From an uncultured Candidatus Saccharibacteria bacterium (lineage in GTDB: Bacteria; Patescibacteriota; Minisyncoccia; Phycocordibacterales; UBA9973), in assembly GCA_964354985.1 (NCBI GenBank), contig CAYHBR010000001.1, forward strand, positions 18,407-82,406: a stretch of 64,000 bases of DNA, written 5' to 3'. Of this stretch, positions 31,001 to 40,648 are shown in pieces. Numbering within the stretch: the first letter of the stretch is position 1; each line of letters begins with the position of its first letter. A model generated the notes under the pieces. That model had not been told where the DNA came from and did not search any database. It saw only the letters and a program-made list of their open reading frames with translations. A program made the translations under genes and the position numbers.

Positions 31001-34000
31001 CCTGCTATTCCAGTAAATGTTGCAGTATCAGTGCCTGTATAACGGATTAAACCACCCGAAGCTAACACAATATTATTTTGCACGCCTGTTGTTGCATAGT
31101 CAGTTCCTTTTGGTGTAATAAAATTGCCAGCAAAAGTTGAATTTCCGTTTACTGTTAAATTTCCGCCAGCAGTAATTAGTCCGCTTCCTGTAGTTATTGG
31201 TCTATTTGTTGTTGTATTAATACCGAGAGTGCCTGCACCAGTCATATTTAGGATCGAATCGTCCGCGACGAAAGTAAGGGCATTCGCATTATTAGTCATA
31301 ATCCCAGATCCAGTCGTAAAAGTATGACCTCCGGTAATAGCAACATCACCACCCAAATTTATTCCACCAGAACCACTATTTATATTTATAGCAGTTGATG
31401 TAGTAACATTTCCAATAGTAATATTTTTTGCATTTGCATTTGTTCCAATATTTATTGCACCAGTAGTTCCTGAATCTAAAGTTAGGATTCCAGTTGTTCC
31501 CGTAGAAACACTAAGCGAAGAACCATTGCCCGATGAAAGACTGGTAGTCCCCGCTCCAGATAAAGTAAGTGTTCCACCGGAAGACATACTCAAATTTCCT
31601 GCACCACTATCGGTGATACTTAAATTTTTCCCTGCCAAGTCTATCGTGCTATTTGCATCAACAGTCATCGAGTCAGATAGTTCACTAAAATCAAGAGCGT
31701 CGGTTAGACTTGAAGCAATTGATGACCATTTTATCCCTGTAGCTTGGGTAGAATCAGTGGTCAAAACAAAACCATTTGTAACACCAACAGGCAGTCTTGT
31801 TGAACTATTTACTCCGTTTCCAATAATTAAGTCACCTTTTGTCGTCACCGGAGAAAGTGCACTGAATGCAGAAGCAACTGTTGTTTGCCCGGTCCCACCC
31901 TGAGCAACACCCACTGTTCCGGTTGAAGTTAGATTTTTTGAAGCATCAGTAAATACAACTTTTGAAGCAGTAAGACTTGGGAGACTTACTGTACTACCGA
32001 GACTTATTGTCCCCGCACCTGAAATATTAAAATCTCCAGAAGCTAGAGCAAAAGAAATCGGGGTACTACTTGCGGTAGTGATTGTTGCATTGTTATTGTA
32101 AGCGCCTTGCATTGTGCTTATACCACAATCAGCCCAAGCACCTTGCACATAACAACGGAAAATACCGAGAGAATTGTTGTAATACATACTTCCGTTTGTA
32201 CCACCAACTGGGTCGCCGGTATCTGATTTTACATCAAGAGAAAATAAATCTGGAGTGACAGAACCGGCTCCGCCTGTTCCAATCTGAACTTTTCCTGTTC
32301 CTGTCCCAGCAGATTGCAATGACAATGTTCCGGTGCTTGTTCCCCACGTCGAAGCAGCGCCACCAGTCAAAGTCAAAGCTCCGCCTGAAGTAAAAGAAGA
32401 AGCAGATGTTGGAGTAAGATTTACTGCACCAGTTCCTGTTGCGGTGAAGTTTCCTGAAGAAAGTAAGATTGAAAGATCCGATGAAGACGTTGTAGTAATA
32501 GTTGAATTACTTACATATGCTTGTTGTAATGTAACAGCACTGGCAACAGAAGCACCGCAATCCTGCCATCCACCACCTTCATAACATCTAAAAGAATCAC
32601 GGGCGGCATTAAAATACATATCACCGTTATCACCAGTTGGGTCACCAGTTCCACTTGCGATACTTTTTTGATCTAAAGAAAATAAATCTGGAGTAGCAGA
32701 TGGTGCATCGTCGGCTCCAACATGCACGATACCTGTAGCTGAGCCATTTACACTTATAACCAAATCACCCGTACTCGTACCCCATGTCGAAGCAGCGCCA
32801 CCAGTCAAAGTCAAAGCTCCGCCTGAAGTAAAAGAAGAAGCAGATGTTGGGGTAAGGCTTACCGCACCAGCTCCTGAGGCAGTGAAGTTGCCTGAAGTTA
32901 ATACCAAACCTACATCAACCGCACCGGCAGTTGTAATAGTTCCTCCGCTATTATATGCACTTTGTAGTGATGTCGAGCCACCTGTTGTATCGCAGTCAGA
33001 CCAAGAACCATTTGTGTAACATCTAAATTTATTGGAATTTAGATTGTAATACATACTTCCGTTTGTGCCTTCGGCTGGATCTCCTGAATCTGATTTAACA
33101 TCGAGAGACAATAAATCCGGAGTAGTTGACCCTGCTCCGCCAACACCTATTTTAATAACACCAGTTGCGCCTCCGCCGGCTGACTGGAAAGTGATATTCC
33201 CTGCTGTTGTACTTAAACTCGAAGCAGCTCCTCCAACAAAAGTTAGTCCACTACTAGAAGTTATGCCAATAGCTCCAGCTGAACTATTTCCAATATTAAC
33301 AGCACCAGAAGATGTGCCTGTATTTATATTTGTTGCAAAATTACTACTAGCATTTATATTCGCTACTGCCCCAACCGCAGAAAGTCCCGCTGAAGCAGTA
33401 AAAAGTCCAGCCGAAGTCATTGTTCCAGTAGCTGTTGTAAAAATATTTCCTGAAGTTGTTAAATTGTCTCCCGCAGTTAAGGGCGATATTGTCGTGCCAA
33501 CTCTTTGAAATTTACTAGTGTTTGGACTCCAAGATAATCCTCCTGTGCCGTCAGTAATCAAGGCTTCCCCTAGTGCTCCGTCGGCGCTTGGCAATGTGTA
33601 TGTTGTTGAACCGGCAGTTGCAGGAGGAGCAAAACCAACATAGCCTGAAGTAGCGCCGGACAATCTAAGTTCGCCTTTTACATCAAGTGCTGAGCCTGGA
33701 ACTGCTTTTCCGATTCCCACTAAAGGATTTCCAAGACCGTCATCCATTATTCGCATTCTTTCTGAAGATGAGTCTGTTCCACTTGTAAAAAAAACAAGAG
33801 AAGTCCCTGTATCATTTGTTCCAATTACTAAATCACCGCCAAGTCCTCCAACTCCTCTCGAAACCAAGTAGGAATCATTTTTACCAGCTGGCGACCAACT
33901 AGCATCCGTAAAACCAGAAGAATTTATTCCCAAATCAACATACCCGCTTGTTTCACTTCCATTGTCTGCAGTTGCAACAATGTCTGAAGAAGCATTTGTG

Positions 34001-37000
34001 CCAGCATTACTGTTCTTAATGTTTAATTGTAAATAATTATTAACATCACCATATCCGCCGATTATATTGTATGAGGTACTTCCTGAAGGCATCACAACTT
34101 TCAAACGCTCTGGACTAATTGGATCAAAGATATCAGAACCGATCGCAAGATTTCCATTATTATCAATTATAAATGGAGATGTATCACTCGATGAATCATC
34201 TACTCGAAAACTATTTCCATTTCCCAAATTTGAAACAAATAACGGCATTGAAGCAGACGAAGCTAATGTTGTTGCTTTAACTATTGATGCCGTGCTATTT
34301 GCAGTCGATGCGATATTTTCACCAAAAGTAATTCCAGACTGACCGCTAGTTGCAAGTGACCAATTCCACACTTGTCCCAAATCCCCATTGTTGATTGTGT
34401 TTGTTGCAAGTGCTTCTGTTAGAGACGAAAGATGTGTTGCTCCATTAAATCCCCCGGAACAAGTAAGGACTCCAACTGTTCCATCTACACTACATCCAGT
34501 TGAGCCATAACCACCCATAAGATTGAGAGTACCAGATGCGCCCGGAGCACCAATATTTACGGTTGTTGCTGATCCTCCAATATTTAAAGCTGTGGCATTT
34601 GTATTAAAAAGATTTCCTGTTGCGCTTGTAGTAGAAATCGTTCCGCCATTTATTGCGGAGTTTGAAGCAGTGGTAAATAAACCGCTTGAATTGACTGACC
34701 AATTTGCAGAATTTAAAGAAAGAGAATCAAGACCACTTCCCAATGAAATAGTATCCGCAAGAGTATCATCTGTCCCTACATTAATAACGTTACCAGCATT
34801 TCCTGTTCCAATAGATATTGTTTTTCCACTTGTTCCTGTACCAAGATTAACCGCACCCGTAGAACCAGAGTCAAGATTGAGAGCACCTGTTGTTCCTGAG
34901 GTTATTGAAAGAGCTGAGCCAGAAGCTGAAGTAATAGCGAGAGTGCTTCCGCCAGCGAGAGTTGTTGCACCTGTGCCTGTCAGTGTTGCGCTTCCTGCAG
35001 AAACTCCGAAACGAGTACTACCGCCGGTAATAAAGTTTAAACCTTGAGCGTCTGTGGTTCCGAGAGAAGCGGTTGTTCCGAATTGATTGCCACCTTGTAT
35101 ATAAGCAAACCCCGAAAGTGTTCCGATTGTCGCAGGTAATACCACAATGCGCCAGCGACTTATAGCTGAATCATATTCAAGACCGATAGACACTCCTGCC
35201 GGAACAGTTTGATTTAAACTAGATGCCGTTACAATGCGATTGATATCCGTAGAACTTAAACTCTCGTTAACAAGTGTTACTGCAAAACTTGAAGCATTCA
35301 TTATACGGATTTGTTTTCCATCTGCTCCCCCAGTTATTCCCGTGAAAGTAGCTACGCCCAGTCCTGTATAACGGAAAAGATAGCCGGATCCAAAATCAAC
35401 ATCATTATGCGAACCTGTTGTTGCATAATCAGTTCCTTTTGGTGTGATAAAATCTCCTGAAACAGTCAAGTTGCCACTTAGAGTTTTTGCACCCGATATT
35501 GTCTGCGTTCCGCTTGTTACAAGTCCTCTGTTTGTTGCAGAGGCATCTGGAATATTCAATGTAAGAGTTCCTCCGAGCGAAGTCGGTGAACCTGAAATAT
35601 TTGCGTCTGTTCCGGATGTTCCTAGTGTTAAACCAATAGTTGAATTTACTAATTTATTATTTGCAATCGTCCCAGTAACAATATCGCCATTGACGATAGA
35701 GCCGGCGAGATTGAGTTTACTATATGCAACTGATGCACTTGCTGAAAGATCTCCGTCTACAATCGTTCCGTCTAATATTTTGCCTGTAGTAATTGCCCCA
35801 GTGCCAATAGTAATAGCACCAGCATTACTGACAGTTGCGTCGCCCGATGCTGTAACAAAAGTTGGAACACCAGAAACATTGGCGACCAGAAACTGACCCG
35901 AAGAACCTGCTGTAGTGGCAGAAAGAGCGCTCGTTCCATTGCCATAAAGTAAACCTTTTGTTGTAAATGTCCCTGATCCAGTTCCACCTCGCGCGACAGA
36001 AAGATTTCCGGAAGTAATAGCTCCGACATCGAGGGATGTTGTGCCGGCAGCGGTCAATCTACCTTGTGCGTCCACTGTAAAAGTTGGGACCAAAGTACTA
36101 GAACCATAGTCACCTAAAGTGACAGCAGTATTATTTAAAGCGAAAGTAATATTCCCCGAACCAATAAGCCTGTTCGTAAGTGTTCCACTCAATCCAACTC
36201 CAGTGCCTGCGAGCAGGTCACCGTTACCTGTATTTAACAAGCAAGTTGGACAATCAATATTTCCAGTAGTGGCTGAATAACTTATTGGTCCAACACCAGC
36301 TATTGAATTCCTCGCACGGGCATTTGTAAAATATTGATTTGTCCCTTCAGAAATATTACTTGTTGTTAAGCTTACCGCGCCAGTTAGGCCATTTACACTA
36401 GCAACATTTGTTCCCTGTTGAATACGATCCCAAGTTGCACCGTTGTTTAAAATCCAATCCCCAACCGCCCAAGTTGAATTGCCATCTATAGATGTGCTTC
36501 CTGCGACACTTACAATAAATAAATCTCCTGCAATATCAGGTAGTCCATTTTCTAGCCCACCACTAGCAAGAGGCGGTGTATTGGTGTCTGCATCCCAAAC
36601 TCCATCATATTTTAATGAACCAGTAATTGAGCTAGGTAATAATGAAGTATTTATCTTACCACCAACATCAAGAAGAGATATCCAAGAAAGATCGCCCGCA
36701 AGAACTGCGTGGTTGTCAGCAGTACCTGTCCCTAAGTCCGCAGGAACGATTGAACGAAAAGTGGGATTAGTGGAAACGCCATCAGTCGGTCCAAGTAAAA
36801 AATTGTTAGCAGCAACAATTTCTGAAAATACACCGCCACCTTTACATTCAAAGATAGTGCCGTTCCAGCTAAGCCTTTCGTTACTAGCACAAGTTGGGAC
36901 ATTTACTTTTAAGTCTGTCCCTGAAAAAATTAAACCATTACCGATGCTTATTTCTGAAGTATTATCTGATGACCCAGTTGGATTTCCAAGCAATTTACTA

Positions 37001-37593
37001 GCGCTAACACTTGGTAGTTTTGCAAAAGTGACGCTACCATTTAGAATTTTTGAAGAAGTAATAGCATTGCTTACAATAGAAAATGCGCCGGCACTACTCA
37101 TTGAGGCATCACCCGAAACGGTAACTTGGCTCGCCAAGTTTGAACCATCGCCGACAAGTATTTTCCCTGACGACAAAGAAGGTGAGAGTTTGTTATTAAA
37201 TGTCGTCCAATCTGTAGCCGAAAGCAATCCTCTTTTTATAGAAGAGGCAGAAGGAAAATTGAAAGTGTGAATATCTGAGCCGGAAACAATATTAAAATCG
37301 GTGCCGGTTGTCCCTGTGGTAAATGTTTGAGTAGAACCACTTTGACTGTTTAGAATTAAACTGGTTGGTATTATTCCGCAACTAGGACTTCCTGCGGTAC
37401 AATCTGGCTCTAGTGTAACTCCGGGCAAATACAGGGTTGCGTTGGCTATTCGTGGAGCTATTAGACTAAGACCAAAAGTAGATAGAATTAAAATAAAAAT
37501 TCCAAACATAGAAAAAACCGATTTGCGGTTTTGGATAAACCGATAATGAACCAAGTTGGAAATGACAAATTTCTTGAAAGATTTTTCTTTCAT
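28018..37593 (-). CDS. Giant (about 3,190 aa) Gly/Ser/Thr-rich repetitive surface/adhesin-like protein
   Basis: N-terminal TM/signal region, beta-rich G/T/S repeats, four MYxN...FRCY..GxWxDC modules, C-terminal ADLAEIY..GVVST.PG..VALSGRVP region, Pro/Val/Glu tail. Confidence 0.88.
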   Translation of the reverse strand: MKEKSFKKFVISNLVHYRFIQNRKSVFSMFGIFILILSTFGLSLIAPRIANATLYLPGVTLEPDCTAGSPSCGIIPTSLILNSQSGSTQTFTTGTTGTDFNIVSGSDIHTFNFPSASSIKRGLLSATDWTTFNNKLSPSLSSGKILVGDGSNLASQVTVSGDASMSSAGAFSIVSNAITSSKILNGSVTFAKLPSVSASKLLGNPTGSSDNTSEISIGNGLIFSGTDLKVNVPTCASNERLSWNGTIFECKGGGVFSEIVAANNFLLGPTDGVSTNPTFRSIVPADLGTGTADNHAVLAGDLSWISLLDVGGKINTSLLPSSITGSLKYDGVWDADTNTPPLASGGLENGLPDIAGDLFIVSVAGSTSIDGNSTWAVGDWILNNGATWDRIQQGTNVASVNGLTGAVSLTTSNISEGTNQYFTNARARNSIAGVGPISYSATTGNIDCPTCLLNTGNGDLLAGTGVGLSGTLTNRLIGSGNITFALNNTAVTLGDYGSSTLVPTFTVDAQGRLTAAGTTSLDVGAITSGNLSVARGGTGSGTFTTKGLLYGNGTSALSATTAGSSGQFLVANVSGVPTFVTASGDATVSNAGAITIGTGAITTGKILDGTIVDGDLSASASVAYSKLNLAGSIVNGDIVTGTIANNKLVNSTIGLTLGTSGTDANISGSPTSLGGTLTLNIPDASATNRGLVTSGTQTISGAKTLSGNLTVSGDFITPKGTDYATTGSHNDVDFGSGYLFRYTGLGVATFTGITGGADGKQIRIMNASSFAVTLVNESLSSTDINRIVTASSLNQTVPAGVSIGLEYDSAISRWRIVVLPATIGTLSGFAYIQGGNQFGTTASLGTTDAQGLNFITGGSTRFGVSAGSATLTGTGATTLAGGSTLAITSASGSALSITSGTTGALNLDSGSTGAVNLGTGTSGKTISIGTGNAGNVINVGTDDTLADTISLGSGLDSLSLNSANWSVNSSGLFTTASNSAINGGTISTTSATGNLFNTNATALNIGGSATTVNIGAPGASGTLNLMGGYGSTGCSVDGTVGVLTCSGGFNGATHLSSLTEALATNTINNGDLGQVWNWSLATSGQSGITFGENIASTANSTASIVKATTLASSASMPLFVSNLGNGNSFRVDDSSSDTSPFIIDNNGNLAIGSDIFDPISPERLKVVMPSGSTSYNIIGGYGDVNNYLQLNIKNSNAGTNASSDIVATADNGSETSGYVDLGINSSGFTDASWSPAGKNDSYLVSRGVGGLGGDLVIGTNDTGTSLVFFTSGTDSSSERMRIMDDGLGNPLVGIGKAVPGSALDVKGELRLSGATSGYVGFAPPATAGSTTYTLPSADGALGEALITDGTGGLSWSPNTSKFQRVGTTISPLTAGDNLTTSGNIFTTATGTMTSAGLFTASAGLSAVGAVANINASSNFATNINTGTSSGAVNIGNSSAGAIGITSSSGLTFVGGAASSLSTTAGNITFQSAGGGATGVIKIGVGGAGSTTPDLLSLDVKSDSGDPAEGTNGSMYYNLNSNKFRCYTNGSWSDCDTTGGSTSLQSAYNSGGTITTAGAVDVGLVLTSGNFTASGAGAVSLTPTSASSFTSGGALTLTGGAASTWGTSTGDLVISVNGSATGIVHVGADDAPSATPDLFSLDQKSIASGTGDPTGDNGDMYFNAARDSFRCYEGGGWQDCGASVASAVTLQQAYVSNSTITTTSSSDLSILLSSGNFTATGTGAVNLTPTSASSFTSGGALTLTGGAASTWGTSTGTLSLQSAGTGTGKVQIGTGGAGSVTPDLFSLDVKSDTGDPVGGTNGSMYYNNSLGIFRCYVQGAWADCGISTMQGAYNNNATITTASSTPISFALASGDFNISGAGTISLGSTVSLPSLTASKVVFTDASKNLTSTGTVGVAQGGTGQTTVASAFSALSPVTTKGDLIIGNGVNSSTRLPVGVTNGFVLTTDSTQATGIKWSSIASSLTDALDFSELSDSMTVDANSTIDLAGKNLSITDSGAGNLSMSSGGTLTLSGAGTTSLSSGNGSSLSVSTGTTGILTLDSGTTGAINIGTNANAKNITIGNVTTSTAININSGSGGINLGGDVAITGGHTFTTGSGIMTNNANALTFVADDSILNMTGAGTLGINTTTNRPITTGSGLITAGGNLTVNGNSTFAGNFITPKGTDYATTGVQNNIVLASGGLIRYTGTDTATFTGIAGGVDGLYIRFMNASSFNLTISNESASSTAGNRIITGTSSDVIIPAGTTFCTQYDSGATRWRLGCTPTTATTINSFAFVQSGNAFGTSASLGTTDAQGLNFITGGSTRFGVSAGSATLTGTGATTLAGGSTLAITSASGSALSITSGTTGALNLDSGSTGAVNLGTGTSGKTIHIGDGVAVNTIVIGNGADDTFSLLSSGLNVSSAGALTGVASVSSIGAISTSGNISSTGSGTITSAGLLIGSAGITVSGGTASINTTGSSNTAIGNATGTFVVTSSGLNVSSAGAITGVSSIDTIGASATGLTFASAGTISSTTTSDITVDSGTTGAVNIGTGASGKTVTIGNITDGTTVNIYSGSGGITLLASTGGVVSIKSDTTGSVTLDSGTTGTVNIGNGNDSKTINIGTGSGNNAINIGTNGASTDTIVLGSTSDTLAIASTGLNLTTGGALTGVLSIDTIGTSATGLTFAGAGTITTTGANAITLEAGGTATSSKIQIGSITGKATPDLLVLDAGSADPAGINGGTYYNTTSNKFRCYENGAWKNCDTDGSKYIVKASPTTATSNSTVFLNDPELVFAMAANTTYYVQASINTNVSNATADLKYTFTTPAGATINLEGVNAISATSSAYCNIIASGTSCAIATTAVLTQRVFVHGYVTTAGTAGNLQFQFAQNVATVAASPVVNAGSFLMVTNSTNTGGADLAEIYNTSDVGLLPGELVRIDHSLESGVTRTTNTYDKEVLGVVSTQPGLILDDGKRIGSSQVAVALSGRVPMNVSVENGVIEPGDFLASSTTPGVAMKATEDGMVIGQALTSFGGEGVGQVIAFIKNTYSPGKYSMKDQSLLMGDISTTEGLVTLISDVQSEIAQNPISIIEAKVATGTKILTDFVSARVIAIRGYFDEVFAKKVHTEEICVKKSDGSEVCVTGDQMQTLLNNVNIPTADSTTSEVAPVPETIPTPDIGLVPDITAVQTEVPPEVVPTVTEVAPPLPVVDSPVPVQ
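30488..30741. repeat. 254-bp intragenic direct repeat, copy 1
   Basis: Identical by eye to 34817-35070. Confidence 0.9.
34817..35070. repeat. 254-bp intragenic direct repeat, copy 2
   Basis: Identical by eye to 30488-30741; offset 4329 bp (in frame). Confidence 0.9.
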
Positions 37594-37693
37594 TTGACTA
37601 CACACACATTATAGTTCATTTATCTAGGAAAAAGTGGGTGGGGGGGGTGCATTACTTATTCATAAATATATCCAAAAGTTGAGTGTAAGAAGG

Positions 37694-37766
37694 AGCCGTT
37701 GATCGGGATTGAACCGATGACCTCGATATTACCAATATCGTGCTCTACCAACTGAGCTACAACGGC
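37694..37766 (-). tRNA. tRNA-Thr(GGT)
   Basis: Cloverleaf; CGATA-TT GGT AA-TATCG. Confidence 0.95.
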
Positions 37767-37996
37767 GAAGCGAGGAGCAAAATGGAAACTTGTTCACATT
37801 TTGTTCGAGCGAGCCGTTGTATGCCTCATACAACGGCGAAGCGAATGGAAAAACTATACAGGCTTGAAAATCATACTGTATTTTAGGCTTTTATTCAATA
37901 TCTACCTCAAACTATCGTGATTGTCACCTCATATGGTTAACTATACATTCGTTTGACAAAACCTGCATACATGATATAATTAGAAAAAAGAGGAAA

Positions 37997-38407
37997 ATGA
38001 AAGATGTATATATGCCATATAGATCTCTCGGAATAATTGAGAACAACCCGGGAGAGTATTTAATAGTAAAGCGAAGAGGGCAAAACCTTTTCAGTTTTAT
38101 TGGGGGTAAGGAATCCCCTATAGATATGCAAATGCCCATAAAAACCATGATTCGAGAGAACATGGAGGAGGCAGAAATTTGCGGAAATAAAATAGAATTA
38201 AGTGAGGTACGAACCTCGTTTACATATAGAGGTAAAATATTTTATGTTTTCACTGGCAAGATGAAGAAAATAGACCCTTTGCCAGGTTACATTAGCCATG
38301 ACGAAGACATAGAATATTATGTCTGGCTGAATCTGGAAAAGATTGGGCAATTACCTTTAACAGAGGTAGATGTCGAAGTATATTGTTGGGCTTACAATAA
38401 TCTATAA
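37997..38407 (+). CDS. NUDIX-family hydrolase
   Basis: GGKE...MIRENMEEAEI NUDIX box; TTGACA and TATAAT upstream. Confidence 0.8.
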   Translation: MKDVYMPYRSLGIIENNPGEYLIVKRRGQNLFSFIGGKESPIDMQMPIKTMIRENMEEAEICGNKIELSEVRTSFTYRGKIFYVFTGKMKKIDPLPGYISHDEDIEYYVWLNLEKIGQLPLTEVDVEVYCWAYNNL

Positions 38408-38470
38408 AAAATATTTTAAGCTCTAAAAAAGCTGTGCACCACACGGCTTTTTATTTTGTATTTTTTAATA

Positions 38471-38713
38471 TTAATTAGAAATCTTATTTTTACCTTTTAT
38501 TAAAGTCTCGAGCATAAAAGTCAAACTCTCCTCTTCTGACATGGTAGTCTTGTGCTCAAGTGAGCCAAGTAGTTCTACTCGTGCACGGAAAACAAGCATA
38601 GCGTCTTTAAATCGACGCACCAATTCTGGATCTCTAATGTCATCTCGATCACGAATTATTCCGTAATTTGGCTGTATTTTATATATTTTATTATAAGAAT
38701 TTAATGTCTTCAT
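38471..38713 (-). CDS. Small hypothetical protein
   Basis: 80-aa ORF co-oriented with radC. Confidence 0.55.
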   Translation of the reverse strand: MKTLNSYNKIYKIQPNYGIIRDRDDIRDPELVRRFKDAMLVFRARVELLGSLEHKTTMSEEESLTFMLETLIKGKNKISN

Positions 38714-38739
38714 TTATTAAATAATTATTTATAAATAAA

Positions 38740-39501
38740 CTATACTAAATCTTCTATAATACTTTTAAAACCGTTGCGCGAGACTATTACATGGTCTATG
38801 AGTTCTATCCCGAGAAGTTTACCTGCGTCTATCAACTGACGAGTGACGACAATATCGTCGTTGCTAGGTTTTAAAATACCTGATGGATGATTGTGGACTA
38901 AAATAAGTGCGACAGCTGAATATTCTAGCGCTGGTTTAAAAACTTCGCGTGGGTGGATGATATTTGCATCTATTGTTCCAATAGAAATAACTTCGTCGTG
39001 GATAACTTTGTAATGACTGTTTAAATATATTCCACGCAAGTGTTCCTTTGGCAATTCTGCCATTGCTTGGGTATAGTTGTGGACATCCTTCGCAGTACGA
39101 ATAACCTTGCCTCCATTTGGATTGCGCTCAAAAAGTCTTCGTCCGAGTTCGACAATAGCAACCAGCTGAGTTGCTCTTCCAATTGGTATATCTAAATCCT
39201 TGCTTAATTCTTTTGGGTTGCGGGCATTTGCTAAACTTTTTTCGCCATATTCTTTTATTATCCGATTGCTCAATGTAAGAATATCTTCTTTCTTTGTACC
39301 GACATTTAATATTACAGCTAAAAGTTCTGACATTGAGAGATTTGTGGAGCCATCACGCAATAATTTTTCTCTAGGCTTTTGTTCGTTTGGCAGATCCCGA
39401 ATGGTTAAAACATACGGCTTTTCAGCAGTAATATTTTTATTTTGAACCGAACTAATAATCGGGACCTTAAATGTTGTGGTATAAATATCTTTGGCTTTCA
39501 T
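38740..39501 (-). CDS. radC: RadC/JAB-domain protein
   Basis: KPREKL, HPREVFK, HNHPSG, PS.DD, LIDHVI. Confidence 0.93.
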   Translation of the reverse strand: MKAKDIYTTTFKVPIISSVQNKNITAEKPYVLTIRDLPNEQKPREKLLRDGSTNLSMSELLAVILNVGTKKEDILTLSNRIIKEYGEKSLANARNPKELSKDLDIPIGRATQLVAIVELGRRLFERNPNGGKVIRTAKDVHNYTQAMAELPKEHLRGIYLNSHYKVIHDEVISIGTIDANIIHPREVFKPALEYSAVALILVHNHPSGILKPSNDDIVVTRQLIDAGKLLGIELIDHVIVSRNGFKSIIEDLV

Positions 39502-39522
39502 TCCTATAGTCTACCACTCATT

Positions 39523-40191
39523 TTATTTCTTTAGCAATTCCTCGATTTTTGCCTTGAAAGAATCGTAGCTTGAGACACCATCTCCAAACTTTACCCCGTT
39601 TATATAGAATGTTGGGGTAGAATCTACTCCGAGTTTTTCACCATCAGCATAGTCAGCGGAAATAATAGCTGAGTACTTATTACTCTTTACTTCACTCAGA
39701 AATATTTTAGTATCAAGTCCAAGTTTTGAAGCATAACTAGTAAAAATATCTACTGCAGTATTTGAGTTACTCCACTCTGTTTGTTTTTCATATATCATGT
39801 CGTGCATTTCCCAAAACTTACCCTGCGCCGAAGCTGCCTCAGCAGCTTCGGCGCTTGAATGAGAATTTTGGTGAGCCGAGAGCGGAAAATTCCTAAATAC
39901 AAAACTCACATTTGGATTGTCTTTATAATCAGCAATGATTTTCATTACTATTGGATTTACTGCACCACATGCTGGACACTGATAGTCACCAAATTCAACG
40001 ATTTGAACTTTCGCGTTTTTTGCTCCTTCTACTCCGTTTATTCCAGCAACATGACTTCCCTCGCGGATAAGTAAACTGCCATCAACTGGCGCTGTAACCA
40101 GTGCTGGTTTTGGTTGAAATGACCAAAGCAAAATACCACCAACGATTGCGACCAAACTGACAATTAAAATAATTTTTGATTCTTTATTCAT
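39523..40191 (-). CDS. DsbA-family thiol-disulfide oxidoreductase
   Basis: EFGDYQCPAC, FRNFPL, GVDSTPTFYING; N-terminal TM. Confidence 0.93.
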   Translation of the reverse strand: MNKESKIILIVSLVAIVGGILLWSFQPKPALVTAPVDGSLLIREGSHVAGINGVEGAKNAKVQIVEFGDYQCPACGAVNPIVMKIIADYKDNPNVSFVFRNFPLSAHQNSHSSAEAAEAASAQGKFWEMHDMIYEKQTEWSNSNTAVDIFTSYASKLGLDTKIFLSEVKSNKYSAIISADYADGEKLGVDSTPTFYINGVKFGDGVSSYDSFKAKIEELLKK

Positions 40192-40606
40192 GATTTTGTT
40201 TTTTATAAATCACCATTAAGATAGTGATTGCTATTAGTGATAATAGTGACAACAGTGGAATCGTTAGAAAACCAAAATATTCGACGTATTTTGTCGTACA
40301 AGACACTCCTATCTTACACGGAGCAAAGGCCTCTGGTATGACTTTGTAATAAAGTAAATTTTGGTAAATAGAAACCAACAATCCAGCCACTGAAAGTGGC
40401 AAAATATATGATGCCAGTTTTTTATCTTTTAGTAAAATTCCAACTGGGATAAGCAACACAAGTGGGTAGATGGCAACCCTCTGAAACCAACAAAGGATGC
40501 ATGGCGCAAAACCAAGTACTTCACTAAAATACAAACTACCTATCAATGAAAATAAAGCTATCGTCCATGCGATATATGCGCTGTTTAGTTTAATGAATTT
40601 TTTCAT
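40184..40606 (-). CDS. DsbB/BdbC disulfide bond formation protein
   Basis: GSLYFSE..PCILCWFQR, second Cys pair, four TM helices. Confidence 0.93.
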   Translation of the reverse strand: MKKFIKLNSAYIAWTIALFSLIGSLYFSEVLGFAPCILCWFQRVAIYPLVLLIPVGILLKDKKLASYILPLSVAGLLVSIYQNLLYYKVIPEAFAPCKIGVSCTTKYVEYFGFLTIPLLSLLSLIAITILMVIYKKQNHE

Positions 40607-40648
40607 GTTCTCTATTTTACCACGAAATTAAGACTAAAATATTTAAAT

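Noticed and set aside
29627-37270. Many plus-strand Val/Pro-rich ORFs
   Set aside because: Antisense shadows of the Gly/Thr/Ser-rich giant gene.
25240-37593. Additional remote DGR targets within the window
   Set aside because: No further TR-like 3' ends were noticed by eye; a BLASTn search with both TRs is needed to exclude them.
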